Below, one piece after another: positions 41,565 to 51,908 of a stretch of 64,000 bases of DNA (the first letter of the stretch is position 1; every line of letters starts with the position of its first letter). Made by a program: the position numbers and the translations under genes. The notes beneath the pieces are model-generated. The model was not told the origin of the DNA, did no database searches, and saw only the letters and a program-made list of their open reading frames with translations. The DNA is from Gammaproteobacteria bacterium (GTDB taxonomy: Bacteria > Pseudomonadota > Gammaproteobacteria > CBDBNL01 > JAAOII01), in the NCBI GenBank assembly GCA_965209035.1, contig OZ242372.1, forward strand, positions 1,824,001 through 1,888,000, read 5' to 3'.

Positions 41565-44500
41565 ATGCAGATGTTAAAGAAATTGACGAAATTGATTAGG
41601 TATCGTTTTAGTTGGAAATTTTCGGATTCGGCACCCGGCATAGAAGTTTATCTGCACAAAGATACTCGTACTTTGTTGAGTAGATTTCGCAATGACGATT
41701 CTACCAAAAAAGAAAAACTTCGAGACTGGCCGTCTTTTAGTGAAAACATTACACGGGCGGGTGCTCTGGCTTTGATCAGACAGTTGGCGTTGGAAGACGA
41801 ACAACAGGTGCAAGAATTACTATCGCAAGACGGATACTACCTCTCGCACCAAACTGTGGCAAACCTGAATGAAATGATGGCACGGAGTTTGGGGCTCCCG
41901 CCTGCTATTCCTTATATGCTTCGGATTAATACTGAGGACATTATTCCATATTCTCGTTTTAAGATATGGTTCTCCTTGAGAAACAGAGGAGAAGAGCGAG
42001 ACATCGATTTTCAAAGAAGGGGGGCAATAATAGAAATAAACGGAATTGGGGACTACCGACTCCCGGATCCTTTTTACCGTATTGCCGAAAAGATTTCCGA
42101 GTTACGCGATCTGCGTAACTCGACTGGTGATACTTATGATACCCGTTTGGCACTGGTATCCGAATTACAAGATATTCTGTCGGAGATGACAGGAGAAGAA
42201 AATAGAAGTTTTCAAAACAGCCAAACTTTGAATAATACCGAATTGCTACATGCCACTGCTTTTTCTTTGGATGTGAAGAAAATACAAACCGAGCAAGGTG
42301 ACGAGGATTATGAGATGAACCCAATTCTTTTTGGTCGCTCCGTAACGGATAACATTAATCTGAATGGGCAAGCTTTAGATCAAGATGAACAGATGTTGGA
42401 TGACCTGGAAGGGGCAAGGTTTATCGAGCAATTTTCGGGTGTTCCCGAAGCACGCCGCACCTATGTGTTGGAAGGAGGCAGATATGTGGTGATAGACAAA
42501 TCTCTGAAACCCGCACTTGATCTGGTGCGGCAAAAGCAGCGGGGAAGCCCGGCCGAACGCAAAGCGTTTATTCAAAATCCTCGCGAATCTCTGTGCGAAC
42601 ACTATCACTTGGATAACGAAGAGACTGAAAGATTGGAAAAGTTATTTATAGAAACGAAACAGTATTCGGAACGAGTGATCTCCTTCGGTGTTTGGCAACC
42701 GCCGAATTTACCTTGGCTGCATATCCCCCCGTCTGACTGGTTGCCGGATCATTATCAGTTTTTGATTCAGAAAAAAATTCTCAATATTCCGACAGATCAA
42801 TTGGAGTATGCCGTAAAGCAAGTTAAGGATGCTCTGAATGAAGGAAAACAACAAATTGAACTGTTTGGTGTCAGCGTTACACCAACACCTAAGTTACTCA
42901 GTTCACTACAGGCTCCCCTACCTGCCAGGCCGGAGGTTCAACAGCCAAACGGCAATGGTGATCACACCGGGGGCGGACAACCCGAGAAACCCCTTTATGT
43001 GCCGTTGATAAAAGAGAATTTTGAAGTTCTGGATTATGTCTCGCGTTTTCAACCTCGCCAGCCGTTGGATCAAAATTATACTCTTAAAGGAGACTTTGTA
43101 CTTAAAGAACATCAACAACAGGGCTTGAATTGGTTGGAGTCAGTTCACCGAATGGGTCTGCCCGGTTGTTTGTTGGCGGATGATATGGGGCTTGGAAAGA
43201 CACTGCAAGTGTTGGTTTTTTTACAAAAGTGGGTTGCCGCCGAGAGGAAGCCACATTTGATAGTAGCACCTGTGGGAGTGTTAAAAAATTGGCACGAGGA
43301 ACACGATAAGTATCTGGCAAATGAAGGACTCGGCCCGGTATTTCGTGCTTACGGACGACATCTGCAAGGAATACGCGTTACCCCGGGCAATAACATCAAC
43401 CCGGTACAACAAACTTCGGATTGGATACAAGAGGCTCAAAATTCTTCTTGGATATTAACAGGTTATCCAACCCTTAGAAATTATCAGAGCGTCTTTGCGG
43501 CTATCCGGTTTTCATGTGTAGTGTTTGATGAGATACAGACTGTAAAGAATCCGCGCAGTTTGAATTGCCATGCTACGAAGACACTGAACAGTGAATTTCG
43601 TCTTGGATTATCCGGCACCCCGATTGAAAATTCTTTGTGTGATCTGTGGACGATTATGGATATTGTTGCTCCGGGATTTCTAAAAGATTTACGCTCTTTT
43701 ATGCGGGCTTATCCTCCCAAGGATCTTGCGGGTTTGGAAAAGTTGACGCGTATTCTTACGAAACCCCAAAAAATTAACACCGATGTACAGATACCACCTT
43801 TTGTATTGAGAAGGCTGAAAAAAGATGTCTTGAACCCACAAGTGATTCCGCGCAAAACGATTTGCCCTATCAACGAGACTACGGAAGTCATGCCGGCAGT
43901 TCAGGCACAAGAATTTACAAATGCTTTTGAACGATATCGGACAAAAGAAATTAATATGTTGCAGGCCCTGTGGGCGTTTAAAAATATTTCATTGCATCCG
44001 ACTTCTGTTACACGAGAAGAAATAACCAATCATAAAAAATATATTGCACAATCTGCCAGATTAAAAAAGATGATATCCATATTGGATAGAATTAAGGAGC
44101 AAAATGAGAAGGCCTTGATATTTTTACAATCGCGCGAGATGCAACCTATTTTGGCGGCTATCATTAAGACGCGTTACGAAATGCAAAGAGAACCATTAAT
44201 TATCAATGGCTCTGTTAGCGGAGACAGAAGGATGGAAATGGTTCACAGGTTTCAATCAGAAAACGGATTTAATGTTCTCATCATTTCGACTCGGGCGGGC
44301 GGTGTTGGCATTAATTTGACCGCAGCCAATCATGTACTGCATTTGGAAAGATGGTGGAATCCGGCCGTAGAGGATCAATGCACAGGACGGGCATATCGTT
44401 TGGGGCAAACAAGAGAAGTATTTGTTTATCTTCTTTTGGCGCAGCATGCCAAATATGGCCCGCGTTCTTTTGATTTTATTCTGGATGATCTATTCAGGCG

Positions 44501-45002
44501 AAAGAGAGAACTGGCGGAGTCTGTTTTTGTGCCTGTTCAAATTAGTAAAATTGACCTTGCCGGTGCCATGGATTTGGAAGAGATTAGCATGGATGACATT
44601 GCCATAATGGACTCGTTAGAATTTGAGAAGTTGATTATGCGGAAAATTAAACAGGATAATGAGCAACTCACTGCACAACTAACTGTGTCAAGCGGCGACA
44701 AGGGAGCGGATATTATTGTGAGTACTTCGGACGATAGTCAGGGGATTATCATTCAATGTAAGCATACAAGTAATCCGAACAAGAAGGCAAGCCCAAATGC
44801 GGTGATGGATTTGATGAGGGCCCGCGATTATTATTTGACGGGTTGCTCTCAAAAGCATTTATTTGCCGTGACCAATGCCAAAGGATTTAATGACAAGGCA
44901 ATAAATATGGCACGAGAAGAAAAAGTCAGATTAATCTGTGGAGATGATATTCTCAATATAGGGACGATAGTAAAAGAAACATTGGAATCCCCGGAAATCT
45001 AG
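41565..45002 (+). CDS. zorD: Zorya protein ZorD (SNF2 helicase plus C-terminal Mrr-like nuclease)
   Basis: LADDMGLGKT, FDEIQ, SGTPIEN, GVGINLTAANHV, WWNPAVEDQ; C-terminal GDKGADI...IIQCKH. Confidence 0.88.
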   Translation: MQMLKKLTKLIRYRFSWKFSDSAPGIEVYLHKDTRTLLSRFRNDDSTKKEKLRDWPSFSENITRAGALALIRQLALEDEQQVQELLSQDGYYLSHQTVANLNEMMARSLGLPPAIPYMLRINTEDIIPYSRFKIWFSLRNRGEERDIDFQRRGAIIEINGIGDYRLPDPFYRIAEKISELRDLRNSTGDTYDTRLALVSELQDILSEMTGEENRSFQNSQTLNNTELLHATAFSLDVKKIQTEQGDEDYEMNPILFGRSVTDNINLNGQALDQDEQMLDDLEGARFIEQFSGVPEARRTYVLEGGRYVVIDKSLKPALDLVRQKQRGSPAERKAFIQNPRESLCEHYHLDNEETERLEKLFIETKQYSERVISFGVWQPPNLPWLHIPPSDWLPDHYQFLIQKKILNIPTDQLEYAVKQVKDALNEGKQQIELFGVSVTPTPKLLSSLQAPLPARPEVQQPNGNGDHTGGGQPEKPLYVPLIKENFEVLDYVSRFQPRQPLDQNYTLKGDFVLKEHQQQGLNWLESVHRMGLPGCLLADDMGLGKTLQVLVFLQKWVAAERKPHLIVAPVGVLKNWHEEHDKYLANEGLGPVFRAYGRHLQGIRVTPGNNINPVQQTSDWIQEAQNSSWILTGYPTLRNYQSVFAAIRFSCVVFDEIQTVKNPRSLNCHATKTLNSEFRLGLSGTPIENSLCDLWTIMDIVAPGFLKDLRSFMRAYPPKDLAGLEKLTRILTKPQKINTDVQIPPFVLRRLKKDVLNPQVIPRKTICPINETTEVMPAVQAQEFTNAFERYRTKEINMLQALWAFKNISLHPTSVTREEITNHKKYIAQSARLKKMISILDRIKEQNEKALIFLQSREMQPILAAIIKTRYEMQREPLIINGSVSGDRRMEMVHRFQSENGFNVLIISTRAGGVGINLTAANHVLHLERWWNPAVEDQCTGRAYRLGQTREVFVYLLLAQHAKYGPRSFDFILDDLFRRKRELAESVFVPVQISKIDLAGAMDLEEISMDDIAIMDSLEFEKLIMRKIKQDNEQLTAQLTVSSGDKGADIIVSTSDDSQGIIIQCKHTSNPNKKASPNAVMDLMRARDYYLTGCSQKHLFAVTNAKGFNDKAINMAREEKVRLICGDDILNIGTIVKETLESPEI

Positions 45003-45186
45003 GCAGTCCCGGAATACTAAAAACAGGAAGGTTCATATGGTTCCTTGTCAAGAAACGATATGTTGGTAATGACTTTGTAATTATTCTCACCGAATATATA
45101 AATATATCAAGTACCGAACCGGATGTAATGATACAGAGCGGTGGCTGTGGAAAGTGCATTTCATAAAATAACATTAAATACATTAA

Positions 45187-46383
45187 ATGATGCAAAAAAT
45201 TCAAGATATCGGTTTGACCGGTGAGATGCGTGTTCTGTTGCGTGCGGACTTCAATACGCCGATGCAAGCCGGCAAAATTACGGATGATACGCGTATTCGG
45301 GCGGCATTGCCGGGAATCCGCCGGATCCTGGAAACAGGCGCGTCTTTGATCATGGTATCCCATTTGGGGAGACCGGATGCAAACAAGCCGCCGGCTGAAC
45401 AGCCGCAGTTTTCGCTGGCACCGATTGCCGGCTATCTGGAGCAAGCATTGGGACGACCCGTGGAGTTGCTACCCACTCCCGCATCTGTTCCGCCCAAAGG
45501 CGCGACAGCCGGATCGCAAAAATGCTGTCTGTTGGAAAACATTCGTTTCTTTCCGGGTGAGACCGCGAACAGCCCCGAATTGTCCAAAGAATTGGGGGGG
45601 CTATGCGATGTGTTTGTGATGGATGCTTTTGGCAGCGCCCATCGCGCCCATGCTTCTACGGTGGGTATTGTTCGCTTCGCACCGCAAAGTTGTGTCGGGA
45701 TTTTGGTGCAACGGGAAACGGAAGCCCTGGACAAGGTCCTGCGTAATCCGCCGCGTCCGTTGGTGTCCGTTTTGGGCGGTGCCAAGGTGGGGGATAAATT
45801 GAAAGTTCTCGGCCCTTTGGCGGAGATTTCAGATTTCTTGATTGTCGGCGGGGGCATTGCCAATACCTTTATGGCGGCTGCGGGCCGGGAGGTTGGCAAT
45901 TCCCTTTATGAACCCGAGTTACTGGAAGAAGCCCGTCAATTGATGAAACTCACCAAGATCCCTTTGCCGACAGATGTTGTAGTGGCATCTTCTCCGAATG
46001 ATGCCGAGGGAACACACAAGCACTTGGCGGAAGTTGACAAAAACGAAATGATTTTGGATATTGGCGGCGACACTTTGGTGGCATACGCAAAGATTATTGA
46101 GCGTGCCAAGACCATTCTTTGGAACGGTCCTGTGGGTGTGTTTGAAAAAGAGGCATTTGCCGCGGGGACACAAGAATTGGCGCGGATGATTGCCGGCAGT
46201 TCCGCATATACTCTTGCGGGCGGCGGCGATACGATTGCCGCCATTAATGCGTTTGTGGGCGAGAAGGCTATGGATTATATTTCCACCGGGGGCGGGGCAT
46301 TCTTGGAATACATCGAAAAAAGAGGAAAACTACCCGCGTTGGAAATGCTCCGAAATTCGCGCCCCGGTAGCTCAGCAGGATAG
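45187..46383 (+). CDS. pgk: phosphoglycerate kinase
   Basis: RADFNTP, SHLGRP, DAFGSAHRAHAS, WNGPVGVFE, GGGDT, YISTGGGA. Confidence 0.96.
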   Translation: MMQKIQDIGLTGEMRVLLRADFNTPMQAGKITDDTRIRAALPGIRRILETGASLIMVSHLGRPDANKPPAEQPQFSLAPIAGYLEQALGRPVELLPTPASVPPKGATAGSQKCCLLENIRFFPGETANSPELSKELGGLCDVFVMDAFGSAHRAHASTVGIVRFAPQSCVGILVQRETEALDKVLRNPPRPLVSVLGGAKVGDKLKVLGPLAEISDFLIVGGGIANTFMAAAGREVGNSLYEPELLEEARQLMKLTKIPLPTDVVVASSPNDAEGTHKHLAEVDKNEMILDIGGDTLVAYAKIIERAKTILWNGPVGVFEKEAFAAGTQELARMIAGSSAYTLAGGGDTIAAINAFVGEKAMDYISTGGGAFLEYIEKRGKLPALEMLRNSRPGSSAG

Positions 46384-46434
46384 AGCGACTCCCTCCTAAG
46401 GAGTAGGTCGGGTGTTCGAGTCATCCCCGGGGCA
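46361..46434 (+). tRNA. tRNA-Arg(CCT), overlapping pgk 3' end by 23 nt
   Basis: GCCCCGG/CCGGGGC acceptor stem, TAGCTCAGCAGGATAGAGC D-arm, ACTCC-CT-CCT-AA-GGAGT, GTTCGAGTC. Confidence 0.93.
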
Positions 46435-46467
46435 GTTTTTATTACGCTTGTAACAGGTTTTTCGGTT

Positions 46468-47727
46468 ATGCGGCGTTTTCTTATTTTGTTACCGCTTGTT
46501 GCGGCATCCGCTCTTTTGGCTTTTGAGCGCGTGCCGACACCCGAAACGAGTCAGCCGGTAAAAGAAATCCTGTGGGAAAGGGTATCCGGTGATAACAGTT
46601 CCGTGGAAGGGGCGGCGGCGGACAGAGTTCTTTACGGGTTTGATAAGTCACCCGGCGTGCGTGTCACACCGGATATCAGTTCTCCTTCTTATATGGTGGC
46701 GGACCCGCATACGGGGTTTGAAATTCTTGCGCACAACGCGGATGCGCCGCGACCTCCGGCAAGTTTGACAAAAATTATGACCGCCTTTGTGGTGGCAAAG
46801 AAACTGGCGGCCAAGGAAGTTGAACTTACCGAAGAAGCGGAGGTTTCGCCCAAGGTTCTCGCGGTGCCGGGGTCCCGTATGTTCATTCAACCGGGATTGC
46901 CCGTGACCCTGGATCAACTGCTGTTTGGTCTTATCGTATCCTCCGGTAATGATGCCGCTCTTGCCATCGCGGAGCATATCAGTGGCAGCGAAGAAGAATT
47001 TGTCAATCTGATGAATCAGGAGGCGCAGTTACTTGGCATGAGCGATTGTCGTTTTTTGAATAGCAACGGTTTGCCGCATCCGCTGATGCGCTGCTCTTTG
47101 CGCAGTTTGATGATCCTCTGTAAGGAATTAATTGTGCGTTATCCGGCATTTTACAAACGCTATTTTGATGTCCGCAGGTTTACTTATAACGGTATCACGC
47201 AACGCAGCCGCAATCAATTGTTGTTTTGGGCGAGCGATGAGGTGGATGGCATTAAGACCGGTAACACGGAAGAAGCCGGATACAATGTCATCGTTTCGGG
47301 TGTCCGGGAATATCGGTTGATTGTGGGGGTCATGGGGGCGAAAAGTACATACTTGCGTGCCAGCGATGCCGCCAAACTTCTAAACCATGTTTATATTTAC
47401 TACAAGCGTTATATCCATTATCACGGTCACGAGCCAATCTCCCGGGTGCGTGTTTGGAAAGGAGACAAATCTTCTGTCCCGGTGGGTTTGGAGCAACATC
47501 TTTATACGACCCTTCCTTATCGTAAGCGCGAGGACTTCACAACTGCGATCATATTACCGGGCAGATTGCGCGCGCCCGTGGCGAAAAACCAAGTTGTCGG
47601 TGAGTTGATCTTGACCTTTCAGGGAGGAGAAATTCTCGCGCGGCCGTTGATTGCTTTGGAGTCTGTCAAACCGGCGGGGCTATTAAAAAATTTCTGGCAT
47701 GAAATACTGATTTCTTTCGGCGGATGA
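46468..47727 (+). CDS. dacA: D-alanyl-D-alanine carboxypeptidase (PBP5/6, peptidase S11)
   Basis: PASLTK (SxxK), SGNDA (SxN), GIKTG. Confidence 0.88.
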   Translation: MRRFLILLPLVAASALLAFERVPTPETSQPVKEILWERVSGDNSSVEGAAADRVLYGFDKSPGVRVTPDISSPSYMVADPHTGFEILAHNADAPRPPASLTKIMTAFVVAKKLAAKEVELTEEAEVSPKVLAVPGSRMFIQPGLPVTLDQLLFGLIVSSGNDAALAIAEHISGSEEEFVNLMNQEAQLLGMSDCRFLNSNGLPHPLMRCSLRSLMILCKELIVRYPAFYKRYFDVRRFTYNGITQRSRNQLLFWASDEVDGIKTGNTEEAGYNVIVSGVREYRLIVGVMGAKSTYLRASDAAKLLNHVYIYYKRYIHYHGHEPISRVRVWKGDKSSVPVGLEQHLYTTLPYRKREDFTTAIILPGRLRAPVAKNQVVGELILTFQGGEILARPLIALESVKPAGLLKNFWHEILISFGG

Positions 47728-48389
47728 ATTGCGGGGGGTCTCTTGCCGACAATTTACAAGTCACCGACAAAGGCGTGACCGATTACGCCGATCTGTGTCG
47801 TCGGATGGATCATCGGACGAGCGAGCGTCTGCAAAACAGATATGCCGCAACGGACGAATGCTGGATTACCCGACACCATTCGGTTTATACGCTCGGGCGC
47901 CGGGCGGATGCCCGGCATCTCAAAGAAAATCCGGAACATATCCCGGTGCTTCGGACAGACAGAGGCGGTGGCATCACCTGGCATGGTCCGGGACAAATCA
48001 TTTTTTATCTGCTGCTGGATATCAGGCGAAAGGGGTGGAGTGTGAAACACCTGGTGTCCTTGACCGAAGAGGCAATCATTTCGTTTTTATCCCGACTTGG
48101 CATCAGCGGGCACAGACGACCGTCTATGCCGGGGGTCTATGTTTGTGAAGAGAAAATAGCATCTCTCGGATTTCGCATTAGGCAGGGTTGCTGCTATCAC
48201 GGTCTTAGTTTTAATCTCTGCCCGAACTTGAAGTATTTTGCCCGGATGGACACTTGCGGTTACGCGGGCCTGCGAGTGACTTCGCTTGCAAAACTCGGTG
48301 CCGACCTCTCGCAAGCGGAATGCGAAAGGGGGATCCTTGCCGGGATATCCTCTGTGATGTGCTACAATATTCGTTATGAAACCGATTGA
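47724..48389 (+). CDS. lipB: lipoyl(octanoyl) transferase
   Basis: HHSVYTLG, DRGGGITWHGPGQ, KIASLG, YHGLSFN, CGY. Confidence 0.93.
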   Translation: MNCGGSLADNLQVTDKGVTDYADLCRRMDHRTSERLQNRYAATDECWITRHHSVYTLGRRADARHLKENPEHIPVLRTDRGGGITWHGPGQIIFYLLLDIRRKGWSVKHLVSLTEEAIISFLSRLGISGHRRPSMPGVYVCEEKIASLGFRIRQGCCYHGLSFNLCPNLKYFARMDTCGYAGLRVTSLAKLGADLSQAECERGILAGISSVMCYNIRYETD

Positions 48390-48430
48390 AGATCCGTTTG
48401 AATAAGCCTTAATTAATTCTTGAATAATCC

Positions 48431-49471
48431 TTGAATAATAGAAGCCGAACCGAGCAGTACATCACAGTGCATCAAAAAAAAGAAATAACCCAAGCAGCCA
48501 AACCAACCGAGAAATCGCATTTTGGTATCCCAACTTCCGCGGGCAAGAAACTGCGCGGAGCCGAAAAGGTGGCGCGCATTCCCATTAAGATTCTTCCGAC
48601 TGTGAATCCCTTGCGTAAACCGGATTGGATCCGGGTGCGAGTTAGTTTGAGTCCCAATGTGATGCGCATTAAAAAACTCTTGAGGCAGAAAAAATTGCAT
48701 ACTGTGTGCGAAGAAGCGGCATGCCCCAATTTGAACGAATGTTTCGGCGGCGGAACGGCGACCTTTATGATTATGGGTGATATCTGCACTCGGCGTTGCC
48801 CTTTTTGTGATGTGGCACACGGCAGGCCGCTCCCGTTGGATGCCGAGGAACCGCGCCATCTTGCGGAAGCAATTGCGGACCTGGGCTTGAAATATGTGGT
48901 CATCACTTCCGTGGACAGAGACGATCTGCGCGACGGCGGGGCGGGGCATTTTGCGGAATGTATTACCGAGATTCGCCGCACCTGCCCGGGCACCGTCATA
49001 GAAGTGTTGGTGCCGGATTTTCGCGGGCGAATGGAAGTTGCTTTGAACCTCATGGAAACCGGTCTGCCGGATGTGTTTAATCATAATCTCGAGTCAGTCC
49101 CGCGTCTGTATAAGCGGGTTCGGCCGGGTTCGGATTACATTGGGTCCCTAAAACTGTTGCATTTGTTCAAGCAAAGAATGCCGCATGTTCAAACCAAATC
49201 CGGTATTATGTTGGGCTTGGGCGAAACCGCGCAAGAAGTGGAGCGGGTACTTTTGGACCTGCGCCGGCATTCGGTTAATATGGTAACTCTGGGGCAATAT
49301 TTGCAACCGAGTCTTTCGCACTTGCCTGTTTCCCGTTATGTTAGACCCGCAGAATTTGACTATTACGCACTTTTGGGCAAAAAGATGGGGTTTGACAATG
49401 TCGCCAGTGGGCCGATGGTGCGATCGTCTTATCACGCTGACAAGCAACATCTCAAGCAAGAGGTGGCTTAG
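48431..49471 (+). CDS. lipA: lipoyl synthase
   Basis: [28 protein letters not shown]; exact start uncertain. Confidence 0.95.
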   Translation: MNNRSRTEQYITVHQKKEITQAAKPTEKSHFGIPTSAGKKLRGAEKVARIPIKILPTVNPLRKPDWIRVRVSLSPNVMRIKKLLRQKKLHTVCEEAACPNLNECFGGGTATFMIMGDICTRRCPFCDVAHGRPLPLDAEEPRHLAEAIADLGLKYVVITSVDRDDLRDGGAGHFAECITEIRRTCPGTVIEVLVPDFRGRMEVALNLMETGLPDVFNHNLESVPRLYKRVRPGSDYIGSLKLLHLFKQRMPHVQTKSGIMLGLGETAQEVERVLLDLRRHSVNMVTLGQYLQPSLSHLPVSRYVRPAEFDYYALLGKKMGFDNVASGPMVRSSYHADKQHLKQEVA

Positions 49472-49486
49472 AACCGGCTCCTCTAT

Positions 49487-49540
49487 GAGTGAGGGGGAGT
49501 GAGGGGGAGTGAGAGGGAGTGCGGGGGAGTGCGGGCGGGA
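49487..49540 (+). repeat. G-rich 10-bp tandem repeat (GAGTGMGRGG x5)
   Basis: read directly, 15 bp after lipA stop. Confidence 0.85.
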
Positions 49541-49751
49541 ACGAAAAAGAGTTTAAGAGTTTGGCATGTGTGATTTTGAACGGCAAGAACTTCCGGCAGT
49601 CAATTTTTTAGCGGGCATAAACGAATGAACGAATGAACGAACAAAATAAGTACTTAATTTTCTCCAAACCAATACAAGGAATGATCGGTTTCCGGTTAGA
49701 ATTCTGTGCGGGCGGTGCGGGCTATGCTATCTAAGGCGGAGCGGATGATAA

Positions 49752-50545
49752 ATGATTAATTGGTGTGATTTCTCGGCCGCCGTTTGGCAAACCGAAGAAA
49801 AGACCTTGCGACCGGTGCGTCGCCCGGACAGAGTCAATCTTGCCGACCTCATCGGTGTGAAGGAACAGGCACAGCAACTGTTGGAAAATACGCAAGATCT
49901 TCTTGCCGACCGGTCCGCGGAAAATGCCTTGTTGTGTGGGGCGCGCGGCAGCGGCAAGTCGGCACTCATTAAGGGGGTCTTTACCGCACTGGCGGATCAC
50001 TATCCCTTGCGTCTGATTCAGTTGGCACGCGAAGATATGGCATCCTTGCCCGTTATTGCCGAAATGATAGAAGACGGACCTTACAAGTTTATTATCTTTT
50101 GCGATGATCTGGTGTTTGGCGATGACAGCGACGAATATCGGGCATTGCGTGTCTTTTTGCCAGGCTCCATTAGGGCTCCATAGAATTGCCGCCGTCAAAT
50201 ATGGTGGTTTATGCCACTTCCAATCTGCGTTACATCTTGCCGCAAGACCCGGAGGAAAACCGAAAGGTCATTCTGCGCGATATGGAGCCGCAATACAGTC
50301 AACAAACGGAAGACAGACTGGCTCTTGCCGACCGATTTGGTATTTGGTTAAGTTTTTACGCACCCGGCATGCAAGATTACCTTGCTAAGATAAAAAAGGA
50401 ACTCGGCACTTCGTCGCGCATCTCGGATGCCGCCGAAGCGTTTGCCCGGCGACGGGCGCTTCATAATTACCGCACCGCCGAGCAGTTCATTCGTCAATAT
50501 AGACGCGGGGATCTCCGTCGAAACCGACTGCGGGAAAAAGGATAA
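49752..50545 (+). pseudogene. DUF815 family AAA+ ATPase interrupted by an 11-bp duplication
   Basis: GARGSGKS, FCDDL, YATSN, LADRFG; GGCTCCATTAG-GGCTCCATAG at 50163-50183 gives stop and frameshift. Confidence 0.85.
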
Positions 50546-50549
50546 TCGC

Positions 50550-51869
50550 TTACTTGTTCGGGCGGATGTCTGCGGGTAACTTGCGGTAACATCCGTTCTC
50601 ATTTGAAATCAAACCGTGAAGTTCCAATTCCGTCAAACAACTGTCAAGTTGCGCGATGTCCGTGCCGTCCGGTTGTGCCAGTTCGTCCGGATGTGTGGGG
50701 CGGTAGTTGAGCGTTTCCAACAACTTGTATGCGGCATCCGACAACAAAGAGCGATTCACAATTTTTGTTGAATGTGCGGCGGAAACCTGAGTGGCTTCCG
50801 GTGTTTTTTGTTTGTTTGTTTCCGCCCCCCGGTCACTTTCCCTTTTTCTTTCCCTTTCCCTTTCAGTGCCGGTCCCCGCTTTGTTGTGAATACGATGTGT
50901 CGCCTGTTTTTGTTTTTTAGGATCCGCGTTTTCCGCGAAGCCAAGCGGGAGATTCCGGGGATTTAAGGTATTCGGGGCATCCGGGCTATCCCGACTATCC
51001 AGGCTATTCGCATGACTTCTGTAGATTGCCGGCAGATGCGCGGTGATATCTTCGGTAGTTTCGGTTAGCAGAGCCCCGTCCTTAATTAATTTGTTACACC
51101 CTTTTGACAAGGGTGCATGAATTGAACCCGGAATAGCAAAAACATCCCGTCCCTGTTCGCCGGCAAGCCGGGCGGTGATCATGGCACCGCTGCGAAGTCC
51201 CGCTTCTATGACCAGGGTTGCCATGCTAATTCCGCTGATAATCCGGTTGCGTCTGGGGAAGTTACCGGGAAGGGGGCTTGTTCCGCGCCGAAAGATGGAA
51301 ACAATCGCACCGCGACCGCTGCCGATCATTTTTTCGGTGAGTGATATGTGCCGGTGCGGATAAACGCGGTCTATGCCGGTGCCGATAACGGCAAGCGTTC
51401 TGCCGTCTTTATCCAAGGCACTGCGGTGTGCAACGCCGTCCACTCCTTCGGCGAGTCCGCTGGTGATACACAAACCGTGCACGGCAAGTTCGGCGGAAAA
51501 TATGCGCGCATTATAGATCCCTTCACCGCTGGGTTTGCGCGGTCCGACGATTGCAAGAGAAGGAAATTTTAGGAGTGTGGGATCGCCCAGGACAAAGAGA
51601 GCACAGGGGGCGTCCTGTATTTTTCCAAGAAGCGGGGGGTAGTATTCGCTGTCATAAGCAACAAGATGATGACCGCTTTTTTGAGACCACTCCAAATCCT
51701 CTTCAATAGATTGACGCAAGACACCGTCCCCCCGGGAACCAGACAGGTAGGCATCCAATTGTTTTGGCAGACGCCCGGACCTTCCCTTGTTGGCATTATT
51801 TTGAATTTGTAATGCCTGTCGGGCGGATAGGTTAGAGTGAAAACAAGCCAGCCACTGCTCCAACCGCAT
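50550..51869 (-). CDS. dprA: DNA-processing protein DprA
   Basis: YPPLL, AIVGPR, ITSGLAEGVD, FPRRNRIISG, GRDVFAIPGSI, C-terminal LTELELHG; low-complexity linker. Confidence 0.93.
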   Translation of the reverse strand: MRLEQWLACFHSNLSARQALQIQNNANKGRSGRLPKQLDAYLSGSRGDGVLRQSIEEDLEWSQKSGHHLVAYDSEYYPPLLGKIQDAPCALFVLGDPTLLKFPSLAIVGPRKPSGEGIYNARIFSAELAVHGLCITSGLAEGVDGVAHRSALDKDGRTLAVIGTGIDRVYPHRHISLTEKMIGSGRGAIVSIFRRGTSPLPGNFPRRNRIISGISMATLVIEAGLRSGAMITARLAGEQGRDVFAIPGSIHAPLSKGCNKLIKDGALLTETTEDITAHLPAIYRSHANSLDSRDSPDAPNTLNPRNLPLGFAENADPKKQKQATHRIHNKAGTGTERERERKRESDRGAETNKQKTPEATQVSAAHSTKIVNRSLLSDAAYKLLETLNYRPTHPDELAQPDGTDIAQLDSCLTELELHGLISNENGCYRKLPADIRPNK

Positions 51870-51908
51870 GTCAGTTAAAAACCGTTAGAAGCCATTAGAA
51901 ACCGGGCA

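Noticed and set aside
37337-45100. Possible degenerate direct repeat flanking Zorya (AGGTTCATATG at ~37358 and ~45029; ATGACTT..TAATTA..CCGAATATAT at ~37470 and ~45069)
   Set aside because: Only short AT-rich blocks with inconsistent spacing; needs a significance-tested alignment before being counted as a fourth repeat-bracketed cassette
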